A program made the translations under genes and the position numbers. This document shows, in pieces, positions 29,936 to 39,033 of a stretch of 64,000 nucleotides of DNA; positions within the stretch are counted from its first letter, which is position 1, and each line of letters begins with the position of its first letter. Where the stretch lies: NCBI GenBank assembly GCA_964538485.1, contig CAZIHJ010000001.1, positions 13,899 to 77,898 on the forward strand. Reading direction: 5' to 3'. This stretch comes from an uncultured Chitinophagales bacterium. GTDB lineage: Bacteria; Bacteroidota; Ignavibacteria; UBA10030; UBA6906. Below the pieces are notes generated by a model. It ran no database searches. It worked only from the letters and a program-made list of their open reading frames with translations, and was not told where the DNA came from.

Positions 29936-32338
29936 TTGTTCCACCACTTTCGTATTGGAGACTGTTTGCTCTCATATGTGCAAGAAAAAAGCTGCGGTGA
30001 GTTTGATATAGACCAGGAATGCGGGACGAAGAGGAAGAAGATCAATGTTGCGGGAATTGTCGCTCTGTGTATTCTGGCGACAACGTATGCTTCTCCCGTT
30101 GAAGCACAGGTGACGTTGGCTGGTCAGGTGGTTGATGAAGAGACGCACCAACCGATTGAGAATGTGAGTGTTCTGCTCCTGGAAACAGGGCGCCGGAAAT
30201 ACACGAATACACAAGGACGCTTCGCGTTCGAGAATCTTGCCGCCGGCCAGTACGCAGTAGCAGTGCATCACATTGGCTACGCCGACGTTGAGTGTATGGT
30301 CGTCGTTCGGGAGAAGATCGACAGCATCATTATCCTCCTGCGCTCCTCCATCAACCAATCCGCTGAAGTACTCGTCCGGGGAACGCGTGCACTTTCATCA
30401 TTGAAAAAGTCCTCCTTTCCCATCGATGTTTTAATGAGTGATCGCCTTACTCAGCACTCCCCAACATCAGTCTCTGATGCGCTCAAGAATATTCCGGGGC
30501 TTTCCCTCGTCCGTGACGGCGTTTGGGCCACAACGGTTTCCATCCGCGGGATGGGCCGTTCAAATATCGTTACTCTCGTGGACAACACCAGAATCGAAAC
30601 TTCCAATGATATTGCGGGCGGACTCTCGCTGCTCAATGTTCAGGATATTGAGAGAGTGGAGACGATGAAATCTCCCGGATCGGTCCTTTTTGGATCCGGA
30701 GCCCTTGGAGGTGCGGTTCATGTGATGATGAAACGGCCGTCGTTCAGCGACCAGCCCGGAATGGCCGTCGAAGTATCCGGGGGGTTCACGAGTGTCGATA
30801 ACGGGCTCTCCCAATATCTTGCCATTGAGTCCTCGACTGATCAATACGCCGTCAGACTGAGTGGAGGATATCGACGAGCCGGGAACACCATGACGCCTGA
30901 TGGGATGCTTCTGAATTCACAGTATCGTGATTTCAGTCTGTCAGATGCGCTGGCTGTAAAGACACTTGGTGAACAATCGCTGCTTCTGAACTACCAGCGG
31001 TCGCAAGCCGAGGACACCGGTCTTCCCGGTGGATCGCCAATTTCACCAACAGCGAACGCCAGGTACACACTCGCACGACGTGAACGATTCGGGTTGGAGT
31101 ATATCCTGCCGAATATGTCGCCGGGGACTCCGCTTCTCACGTTCAGACTTTCCCGACAGACGATTACCCGTAATGTTGAGATCATTCAGAATCCGGTGTT
31201 GACTATAACACCGCATGCGGTACATACCACCATATCCGGCCAGATTGAATCCCAAGTTCTCCCCGACGTCAATGACCGCCTCACGGTCGGCATTGAGCTC
31301 TGGCGCAGGGAACTGGATAGCCAGCGTGAGAGAATCGATCGGAGCAACGGTCAAATCACAGGTGAGCGCCCTGTGCCGTTGTCCACCAATCTTAATGCGG
31401 GAGTGTATGCGCAGAACGAATGGCGTAGCTCCTCCGACAACATGGTGATAATGTTGGGAGCTCGCTATGATCGAGCCCGTGTCGCCAATGATGAGACAAT
31501 GAATCCCGCCTATGTTGTTGCCGGTGGAATTCTGCAGACCGCACCGTCCGACCAGAAACTGTTGTGGAAGAAATCAACCGCACACGATGAGTCGTGGAGC
31601 ATGAATGCCGGCCTCCAGTACGCCGTCAGTCCATTGGTTGATGCATCGCTGCTGGTCGCAACGGCATTCCGGTCGCCTTCACTCGAAGAGCGCTTTCAGT
31701 TCATTGATCTCGGGAACACCGTTCGCATCGGAGATCCAACCCTGCAACCTGAACGAAGCCTCTGCATCAACACCGGAGTGGGCTTGCACACGCAAGCCCT
31801 GAAAATCCGCACAGACATGTTCTGGACCCGGCTCTCGAATCTCATCACAGAAATTCCCGGAGTATACGAGGGTCGACCGGCGTACGTGAAAACGAATATT
31901 GGAACAGCCAGTGTGTACGGGTGTGAGATCTCGACCGAACTCGCTCTGACAACATATATTGTTTTGAAGTCGTCGGCTGCCTACGTGCGGGGCCGCGACA
32001 CTCGTAATCATACTGATCTTCCGCAGATTCCACCCATGAACGGCCGTGTGGAAGTTAACGGCCACTTCGAGTCTCTGGGAAATCTGCATATCGCGTGGTC
32101 GGGCGCGGTGACGCAGAATAGTCTTGCTCCTGCCGAGCAGCGCACACCGGGCTATGCGGTTATAGATGTGGATATCGCGAGTAGGCCGCTGACGATCGGA
32201 CCATTGTCGCTCATCGTCCGATCCGGGATACAGAATGTTTTCAATCGGGCGTACAGGAATCATCTCTCCACCCTTCGAGATGTCATCAAGTCCGAGCCGG
32301 GTAGGAATTTCTTTTTGTGTGCGAAGGTCGTCCTATGA
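29936..32338 (+). CDS. TonB-dependent outer-membrane receptor with N-terminal carboxypeptidase-regulatory-like domain
   Basis: A CarbopepD_reg-like beta-sandwich (VTLAGQVVDEETHQPIENVSVLLLETGRRKYTNTQGRFAF), a plug region (PGLSLVRDG...IRGMG), and a long barrel with a C-terminal aromatic-rich strand. The exact start is uncertain: the open frame has no internal ATG before the signal peptide. Confidence 0.8.
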   Translation: MFHHFRIGDCLLSYVQEKSCGEFDIDQECGTKRKKINVAGIVALCILATTYASPVEAQVTLAGQVVDEETHQPIENVSVLLLETGRRKYTNTQGRFAFENLAAGQYAVAVHHIGYADVECMVVVREKIDSIIILLRSSINQSAEVLVRGTRALSSLKKSSFPIDVLMSDRLTQHSPTSVSDALKNIPGLSLVRDGVWATTVSIRGMGRSNIVTLVDNTRIETSNDIAGGLSLLNVQDIERVETMKSPGSVLFGSGALGGAVHVMMKRPSFSDQPGMAVEVSGGFTSVDNGLSQYLAIESSTDQYAVRLSGGYRRAGNTMTPDGMLLNSQYRDFSLSDALAVKTLGEQSLLLNYQRSQAEDTGLPGGSPISPTANARYTLARRERFGLEYILPNMSPGTPLLTFRLSRQTITRNVEIIQNPVLTITPHAVHTTISGQIESQVLPDVNDRLTVGIELWRRELDSQRERIDRSNGQITGERPVPLSTNLNAGVYAQNEWRSSSDNMVIMLGARYDRARVANDETMNPAYVVAGGILQTAPSDQKLLWKKSTAHDESWSMNAGLQYAVSPLVDASLLVATAFRSPSLEERFQFIDLGNTVRIGDPTLQPERSLCINTGVGLHTQALKIRTDMFWTRLSNLITEIPGVYEGRPAYVKTNIGTASVYGCEISTELALTTYIVLKSSAAYVRGRDTRNHTDLPQIPPMNGRVEVNGHFESLGNLHIAWSGAVTQNSLAPAEQRTPGYAVIDVDIASRPLTIGPLSLIVRSGIQNVFNRAYRNHLSTLRDVIKSEPGRNFFLCAKVVL

Positions 32339-33243
32339 ACCTCTTTGGAGAATACGGTTCGGCGACATGGCTTGTGCTGGCTTTATGTTCCGCATTGTTC
32401 TCAGCCGGAGCAGCAGTGACCCAAAAGAGGGTGCTGTTCCGCGTAAACGCATTAGAGTTCTCGTTTCTCCTTTCGTTCATCATTATGGTTTTTTCCACGT
32501 TCATTCCTTTGTCGGTTGATGTTATGGCAATTTCAGCGCCCACCGCGTTGATCATCCTGGGCAAGAGTCTCTTGGGAGGGATGGCCTTCCTCTTTGTGAT
32601 GAAGGCGCTCGAGCGCAACCAAATCAGTACTGCGCTTCCGTTGTTGGGATTGACTCCGGCAGTGGCGGCTCTCTTCGCGATGTTCATCCTCGGAGAAATG
32701 CTTCAGGGCTTGGAATGGGTTGGCGTCGCCTTGATGATGATTGGAGTATACATGTTGGAAAAACGTCCGGTTGAACAAACGCCTGATGTGCACGCAAGAG
32801 CCGGTGCTCCAATACAGCACCGGTACATTCTCGGAGCGGTGGGGTTGTTTGGCGTGTCGTCCGTATTCGATAAGATGCTCGTTGGCACTTTAACGATCGA
32901 TGCGCGCGTTGTGCTGTTCTACCAGCACATCGTATACTGGTTTCTGTTTGGAGCGATGCTGTTGGTGCGGCGCTCACCGTTCACCGATGTCGTCCGAAAA
33001 GGGCGCGAGCTGCTTCCGCTCCTTGTTCTCGTGGCCGTACTTACCATCGTATATCGTTTCACACAACTTGAAGCCATGAAACTCGCGCCGGTTGCGATGG
33101 TTCTCGCAGTGAAACGCACATCTATTCTCTTTGCCTCATTCTTTGGCGGCAAGCTATTCTCGGATGACAGGCTCGGTATAAGATTGGCCGGGGCGGCACT
33201 CATTGTTGCCGCAGGGTTTCTCATTCTCAGAAATGTTGCATGA
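32335..33243 (+). CDS. EamA/DMT-superfamily transporter (10 TM)
   Basis: Two EamA-like halves; ATGA overlap with the upstream stop. Trimmed to the ATG at 32335. Confidence 0.7.
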   Translation: MNLFGEYGSATWLVLALCSALFSAGAAVTQKRVLFRVNALEFSFLLSFIIMVFSTFIPLSVDVMAISAPTALIILGKSLLGGMAFLFVMKALERNQISTALPLLGLTPAVAALFAMFILGEMLQGLEWVGVALMMIGVYMLEKRPVEQTPDVHARAGAPIQHRYILGAVGLFGVSSVFDKMLVGTLTIDARVVLFYQHIVYWFLFGAMLLVRRSPFTDVVRKGRELLPLLVLVAVLTIVYRFTQLEAMKLAPVAMVLAVKRTSILFASFFGGKLFSDDRLGIRLAGAALIVAAGFLILRNVA

Positions 33244-33271
33244 TGTTGTAAATCTTTCGTGAGGACATAAC

Positions 33272-33793
33272 ATGAACGGAACACACACACTTTCACGTGA
33301 ACTGCAGGAAATTGATCTCATCGTGACCAAATGCAAAGGAAGGCAGGGGGAATTGCTGACCATTCTTGAGCAGACACAGCTTCTCAATGAACAGAAGTAC
33401 CTTTCAGAGGAGGCTCTGAACCGTGTTGCTCTCAGGACAGGAGTGCCTCTTTCCCGGATCTATAATGTCGTTACGTTCTATTCATTCTTCAGTCTCAAAC
33501 CTCAGGGCAAGCACACACTCACTGTGTGTCGTGGAACCGCATGTCACACTAAGGGGTCGCGGGCCCTTCTGAACGATCTTGGACTGATTCTCGGCTGCAA
33601 CAAGGCGTTGTCGGACGGAGAATCAACCTTCACGACACCGGATAACCAGTTTACCATTTCCACAGTGGCATGTTTCGGTCAATGCGCTCTTGCTCCGGTC
33701 GTTGGCATTGATGGGATCATTCATAGCAACATGACGACGGCGAAGGTACAAAGGTTGGTGCAAAGGATCACCAAGCGGAGGATCAAGACATGA
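33272..33793 (+). CDS. NuoE/HoxE/HydC-like thioredoxin-fold [2Fe-2S] subunit
   Basis: CRGTACHTKG ... VACFGQCALAPV is the NuoE-type C-x4-C...C-x3-C [2Fe-2S] motif. Confidence 0.8.
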   Translation: MNGTHTLSRELQEIDLIVTKCKGRQGELLTILEQTQLLNEQKYLSEEALNRVALRTGVPLSRIYNVVTFYSFFSLKPQGKHTLTVCRGTACHTKGSRALLNDLGLILGCNKALSDGESTFTTPDNQFTISTVACFGQCALAPVVGIDGIIHSNMTTAKVQRLVQRITKRRIKT

Positions 33794-36700
33794 AGATCCA
33801 CGACGTAACAACGCTGAACGATATCCGTCAAAAGGGCCTCAAGAAACTGTTCCCTGATGTGCCAAAAATCTCGGTGGGCATGGGAACCTGTGGCCTCGGC
33901 AATGGCGCCCAGGATGTGCTCAAACGACTGCAGGATGTAATCAAAGAGAAGAAAGCAAGGATCCAGCTTTCCTCCGTGGGGTGCTTCGGCTTCTGTGCGG
34001 AGGAGACCCTTGTCAATTGCTACATACCCGGACAGCCGCTGGTCATTCTCCACAGAGTCACGCCGGGAGATGCCACCAATATTGTTGAGAGTCTCTCGAG
34101 AGGATTGATGCCGTTGCGGAAAGCGCTCTGCAAGATTGAGCAATGGGACTTCTGCACCTCTAAGATTGAGTTTGGAAAGGGAATTGGCAGCGTTCCCGTG
34201 TGGAACGAGCTTCCGTTCTTCAAAGGGCAGAAGAAGATCGTTCTCCGCGACGCGGGGTTGATCAACCCTGAAGACATCGAGGAGTACATCGCCGTCGGCG
34301 GGTACAGTGCATTGTTCAAGGCCCTGACACACATGACGCCGGAGATGGTGCTTGATGAGATCAAGAAATCGAAACTCCGTGGACGCGGGGGAGCAGGATT
34401 TCCTGTCGGCGTAAAGTGGGAAATGATGAAAAGCGCTCAGGCAGACAAGAAGTACATAATCTGCAATGCTGACGAGGGCGATCCCGGCGCGTACATGAAT
34501 CGTAATGAAATCGAAAGTGACCCCCACGCCCTCCTCGAGGGAATGCTCATCGGTGCCTATGTGATGGGAACCTCTGAAGGTGTCATGTATGTGCGAGCCG
34601 AGTATCCACTTGCAGTTCAACGTTTCACGAAGGCCATGGCTGCTGCCCGGGAGTACGGCATTCTCGGACAGAATATTCTCGGTTCATCATTCAACTTCCA
34701 AATCTCTCATGTTGAAGGAGCTGGCGCCTTCGTCTGCGGTGAAGAGACTGCACTTATCGCTTCTATTGAGGGAAGAGCAGGTCGTCCGATTCCACGGCCA
34801 CCCTACCCTGCCCAAAAAGGGCTCTGGGGAAAACCGACAAATATCAACAACGTTGAGACATGGATAAATATTCCTGTCATCGTGACGATTGGCGGGAACG
34901 AATTTGCAAAATTCGGAACACAGACCAGCACCGGCACAAAGGTGTTTTCCCTTGTTGGTAAGATCAAGAACACCGGATTGGTCGAGCTGCCTCTCGGCAC
35001 TCTGTTGCAGGATATTATCTATCAGATGGGTGAGGGAACCGGTAACAGGAAGAGGATCCGGGCAGTCCAGACTGGCGGCCCGTCGGGAGGATGTATTCCG
35101 GTTGAACATTTCAACACACCTGTCGACTATGAATCCCTCACCAAGCTGGGCACAATCATGGGCTCCGGGGGCATGGTGGTGATGGATCAGGACAATTGCA
35201 TGGTGGATGTTGCACGGTACTTTGTCGAAGTGACGTACAACGAGTCCTGCGGCAAGTGTACGCCCTGTCGTGAAGGGCTGGCACAATCTCTGGCCATCCT
35301 TAATAAGATCACGCGTGGTGAAGCAACCATGCATGATCTTGACACGCTTGAACGGTTGTCGTACGTGATCAGGGATTCATCACTCTGCGGCTTGGGACAA
35401 ACGAGTTCGAATCCTGTTTTGAGTACGTTGCGGTATTTTCGTGATGAGTATGAACGACATATCATCCAGCGGCGATGCAAGGCGGGAGTATGTGAGAACC
35501 TGTTCGTTGCCCTCTGCGAAAACAGTTGTCCGCTGCATATGAATATTCCCGGGTACCTCCAACTGTTGAAGGAAGTCCGACTTGAAGAGGCGTTTGAGCT
35601 CACGCTCAGAGATAATCCGTTGCCCGGTACGGTCGGAAGAATTTGCTACTTCCATTGTCAGGTTCGTTGCCGGCGTGATATGGTCGACGATCCGGTTTCC
35701 CAGGGGGAAATCCATCGCTATCTGGCTGACACCATGTATAAGATGGGGAAGGAGAAAGAAATCTATCAGCGGCTGATAAAAGAGAAACTCTCACCCACCC
35801 AAAAGAACATTGCCATCATTGGCGCGGGCCCCGCAGGACTGACAGCCGCCTATTACCTCGTCCGTCTCGGGCACAATGTAACGGTCTATGACAGCCACGC
35901 GAAGGCCGGTGGTATTCTGCAATACGGAATCCCCGCGTATCGTCTGCCAAAGGACGTGCTCAACAAAGAGCTTGAGCTCTTCAGGAAACTTGGTGTCACG
36001 TTCATCTTTAATACGCATATCGGGAAGGAAATTTCCCTGAAGGCCCTCCAGAAACAGAATGACGCAGTCTTCCTTGCGGTCGGGGCTCAGAAAGACATCG
36101 AGCTTGATATCGAGGGGAAGGACCTCGATGGCGTGCTGCAGGGCTACGAGTTCCTCGAACACCTTGGGGCGGGAGAGAAGCTCCAGATAGGCCAAAAGGT
36201 AGTGGTCATCGGAGCAGGCAACGTGGCAATCGATGCAGCCCGGTCGTGTGTGCGCCTCGGCGCTGACGTGACAATTGTCTACCGTCGCGACAGGGACGAA
36301 GTACCTGCCAACGAGCATGAAGTAAAGGACGCGATCGACGAGAATATCAGGTTCATGTTTATGTCCGCTCCACACCGGATCATTGGTGATGCAAAGGGGA
36401 GGGTGAAAGGTCTTGAAATCCGAAAGATGAAGTTCGACGGTTTCGACAACACCGGGCGGAAAAAACCTGTCGATACAGGAGAATCCGACATCATTGAGTG
36501 CACCAGAGTCATAGTTGCCATCGGAGAGAAGGTTGATTTTGAACCCGCAAAGGAGGTCGGGCTTGAACTCCGAAAGAACGGCACAGTGAAAGTGCATCCT
36601 CCGGCATACCGGACCAACCTGCCAAAGGTGTATGCCGGCGGTGACGCGGTGACGGGACCCGCAACGGTCGCCGAAGCCATGGGGATTGCCCGCCAGGCCT

Positions 36701-36951
36701 CAGAGGCAATCGACTTCGACCTGATGAATGAGAAACGCTTCCATCGACTCTTCAGAGAATTCCAATACAAAGACGAGGTGGTGCTGGAACCGGAAGTAAA
36801 TAAAAAAGTGGATCCACAGAGAATACCGATCAGAGAGAGAATCCACAGTTTTCAGGAGGTTTTGTCCGGATACTCCGGTGAAGAAGCAATGCAGGAAGCT
36901 CTCCGGTGCCTTCGCTGCGATGTCAAATGCCAGGAACACGAGGATAGCTAG
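33790..36951 (+). CDS. NuoF-like NAD(H)/FMN/[4Fe-4S] subunit fused to a C-terminal GltD/NfnB-like FAD/NAD(P)H oxidoreductase (1053 aa)
   Basis: N-terminal half has GRGGAGFPVGVKWE (the NuoF FMN/NADH motif), a SLBB domain, and the NuoF C-terminal cluster CGKCTPCREG. Residues ~610-1050 read IAIIGAGPAGLTAAYYL...VVVIGAGNVAIDAAR...VYAGGD, two Rossmann dinucleotide motifs typical of the glutamate-synthase small subunit or NfnB. Preceded by Cys clusters (CENSCPLHMNIPGY). Confidence 0.85.
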   Translation: MKIHDVTTLNDIRQKGLKKLFPDVPKISVGMGTCGLGNGAQDVLKRLQDVIKEKKARIQLSSVGCFGFCAEETLVNCYIPGQPLVILHRVTPGDATNIVESLSRGLMPLRKALCKIEQWDFCTSKIEFGKGIGSVPVWNELPFFKGQKKIVLRDAGLINPEDIEEYIAVGGYSALFKALTHMTPEMVLDEIKKSKLRGRGGAGFPVGVKWEMMKSAQADKKYIICNADEGDPGAYMNRNEIESDPHALLEGMLIGAYVMGTSEGVMYVRAEYPLAVQRFTKAMAAAREYGILGQNILGSSFNFQISHVEGAGAFVCGEETALIASIEGRAGRPIPRPPYPAQKGLWGKPTNINNVETWINIPVIVTIGGNEFAKFGTQTSTGTKVFSLVGKIKNTGLVELPLGTLLQDIIYQMGEGTGNRKRIRAVQTGGPSGGCIPVEHFNTPVDYESLTKLGTIMGSGGMVVMDQDNCMVDVARYFVEVTYNESCGKCTPCREGLAQSLAILNKITRGEATMHDLDTLERLSYVIRDSSLCGLGQTSSNPVLSTLRYFRDEYERHIIQRRCKAGVCENLFVALCENSCPLHMNIPGYLQLLKEVRLEEAFELTLRDNPLPGTVGRICYFHCQVRCRRDMVDDPVSQGEIHRYLADTMYKMGKEKEIYQRLIKEKLSPTQKNIAIIGAGPAGLTAAYYLVRLGHNVTVYDSHAKAGGILQYGIPAYRLPKDVLNKELELFRKLGVTFIFNTHIGKEISLKALQKQNDAVFLAVGAQKDIELDIEGKDLDGVLQGYEFLEHLGAGEKLQIGQKVVVIGAGNVAIDAARSCVRLGADVTIVYRRDRDEVPANEHEVKDAIDENIRFMFMSAPHRIIGDAKGRVKGLEIRKMKFDGFDNTGRKKPVDTGESDIIECTRVIVAIGEKVDFEPAKEVGLELRKNGTVKVHPPAYRTNLPKVYAGGDAVTGPATVAEAMGIARQASEAIDFDLMNEKRFHRLFREFQYKDEVVLEPEVNKKVDPQRIPIRERIHSFQEVLSGYSGEEAMQEALRCLRCDVKCQEHEDS

Positions 36952-36960
36952 AGGACACAA

Positions 36961-38790
36961 ATGGAAAATACGATGGTCAATATAAAAATTGATGGTGTAC
37001 AGTACCAGGTGAAGCAGAGCGTGACAATACTGGACGCGTGCAGGTTTACCGGGATCAAAGTACCAACCCTCTGCTTTCTTGAAGACGTTTCCAGGAATGC
37101 TTCATGCGCGATGTGTGTAGTGGAGGTGAAGGGTGCCCGTTCTCTCGTGCGCTCCTGCGTTACGTGTGTTTATGAGGGGATGGAGATAGCGACGACGTCG
37201 TCACGCATCAGAGAAACGAGAAAAACAAACCTTGAACTTTTGCTTGCCAATCATCCGAAAGAGTGTCTTTCCTGCCTGCGCAATAAGAACTGCGAACTGC
37301 AGACTCTTGCAGCCGATCTTGGTGTAAAGGAGGATCAGTTTGCGCGATCCAAAGAGGTCAGTGCAATGGACGAGACTTCTCCGTCAATCACAAGAGATCC
37401 GAACAAGTGCATACTCTGTGGCAGATGCATTGCGGTATGTCAGAATGTTCAAACAGTTTCGGCAATCGGCCTTTCCGGGCGGGGGGTCAAGACAAAGATT
37501 TCGACCTACTTTGAGAAAGGCCTTGGCCATGTTGCCTGTACATACTGCGGTCAGTGTGCGTTGGTCTGTCCTACCGGGGCAATTGTTGAACACGATGATA
37601 CGGACATCGTCTTCGAAGAGATCGGCAATCCGGAGAAGGTCGTGATCGTCCAAACCGCTCCGGCGATCCGAGTCGGAATCGGTGAAGCGATGGGGATGGG
37701 ATCGGGCATGCTCGTCACGGGCCAGATGGTCGCCGGTTTACGACGCCTCGGTTTTAACAAAGTCTTTGACACGCAGTTCGCGGCAGACCTGACTATCATT
37801 GAAGAGGGACATGAGTTGATCAACCGCATAACGAACAATGGTGTCCTGCCCATGGTTACCTCCTGTTCACCCGGATGGATAAAATTCGCAGAGCATTTCT
37901 TCCCTCATGCACTCGGACATCTCTCAACGTGCAAGTCTCCACAGCAGATGTTTGGATCAATAGCAAAGACGTACTACGCCGCGAAGATGGGAATCGATCC
38001 AAGAAAGATCGTCGTTGTTTCAATTATGCCGTGCACCGCAAAAAAATATGAGGCGAAGCGACCCGAGATGACCGGTGCGTTCAAGTACTGGAAAGAAAGG
38101 AGGGCATGGTCTGACGACGATATGTTTTATGATGTCGACTATGTACTGACGACGAGAGAACTTGCGAGGATGTTCAAGGAAACGGGAATTCAGTTTGCGC
38201 ATCTCCCTGCGGAGGAATTCGATAACCCGCTGGGTGAATCAACGGGAGCGGCTGCGATTTTTGGGGCGACAGGTGGCGTGATGGAGGCGGCTCTGAGGAC
38301 GGCGTATGAAGTGATGACTGGGAAATCATTGGAGAATCTCAATTTCGCTGCAGTGCGAGGGATGGAAGGAATCAAAGAAGCGGAAGTCGACATAGACGGC
38401 AGGAAGGTAAAGGTGGCCGTCGCCCACACATTGAAGAACGCGCGCAAACTTCTTGAGCAAATTGAGAAAGGGGAATCTCCGTACGCGTTTATCGAGATTA
38501 TGACATGTCCGGGTGGCTGCCTTGGTGGTGGCGGTCAGCCGATCCCGACCACATTGGAAATCCGGAAGTTGCGGGCGGAATCCATCTATGCGGAAGACGC
38601 AAGAAAACAGATCCGCAAATCACACGAGAACCCGGAGATTCAGATTCTCTACAAGGAATTTCTCAAGGAGCCGCTTGGAGAAATATCCCATCATCTTCTC
38701 CATACCTCATATAAGAAGCGCGGGCTTTTTGTTTGGAAGTCAGATGGTGACAAGCTTGAGGAGGCGGACGCGCTCGAAAGTAACCTGTGA
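36961..38790 (+). CDS. hydA: [FeFe]-hydrogenase catalytic subunit (M3-type: 2Fe-2S + 2x[4Fe-4S] + H-cluster domain)
   Basis: N-terminal NuoG-like [2Fe-2S] region, ferredoxin motifs CILCGRCIAVC and CTYCGQCALVCP, and H-cluster motifs L2 MPCTAKKYE and L3 EIMTCPGGCLGGGGQP. L1 reads TSCSPGW rather than the canonical TSCCPxW. Confidence 0.9.
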   Translation: MENTMVNIKIDGVQYQVKQSVTILDACRFTGIKVPTLCFLEDVSRNASCAMCVVEVKGARSLVRSCVTCVYEGMEIATTSSRIRETRKTNLELLLANHPKECLSCLRNKNCELQTLAADLGVKEDQFARSKEVSAMDETSPSITRDPNKCILCGRCIAVCQNVQTVSAIGLSGRGVKTKISTYFEKGLGHVACTYCGQCALVCPTGAIVEHDDTDIVFEEIGNPEKVVIVQTAPAIRVGIGEAMGMGSGMLVTGQMVAGLRRLGFNKVFDTQFAADLTIIEEGHELINRITNNGVLPMVTSCSPGWIKFAEHFFPHALGHLSTCKSPQQMFGSIAKTYYAAKMGIDPRKIVVVSIMPCTAKKYEAKRPEMTGAFKYWKERRAWSDDDMFYDVDYVLTTRELARMFKETGIQFAHLPAEEFDNPLGESTGAAAIFGATGGVMEAALRTAYEVMTGKSLENLNFAAVRGMEGIKEAEVDIDGRKVKVAVAHTLKNARKLLEQIEKGESPYAFIEIMTCPGGCLGGGGQPIPTTLEIRKLRAESIYAEDARKQIRKSHENPEIQILYKEFLKEPLGEISHHLLHTSYKKRGLFVWKSDGDKLEEADALESNL

Positions 38791-39033
38791 TCCGTTGGCA
38801 CAACAATACCGTTTCTCCCGGCCCAAAATGGTCGGTTCTCTGATTTGGTAAGCACCCCCCGTTCCTTTTCAGGAATGAGAAATCAGGTCTTTAAATCCTT
38901 AATTATTACTGAATACATGCCAGAATCAGGCATTTCATACATGGAACAGCATTTGCCCTGTTACTCTCATGTAACCAATTGTTCAAACAAAGAACTCAAG
39001 TTATTATGAACTTTTACTGCGAGTCATCGAATC

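Noticed and set aside
35791-36597. 268-aa minus-strand ORF (and others at 34687-35334, 33721-34620) inside the NuoF::GltD gene
   Set aside because: The plus-strand frame carries unambiguous NuoF and GltD motifs. The minus frames are GC-skew shadows without domain signatures.
38791-39033. AT-rich 240-bp spacer between hydA and the PFOR gene, as a possible small RNA or riboswitch
   Set aside because: No conserved riboswitch-like motifs or stable hairpins were recognisable by eye; it is most simply the PFOR promoter region.
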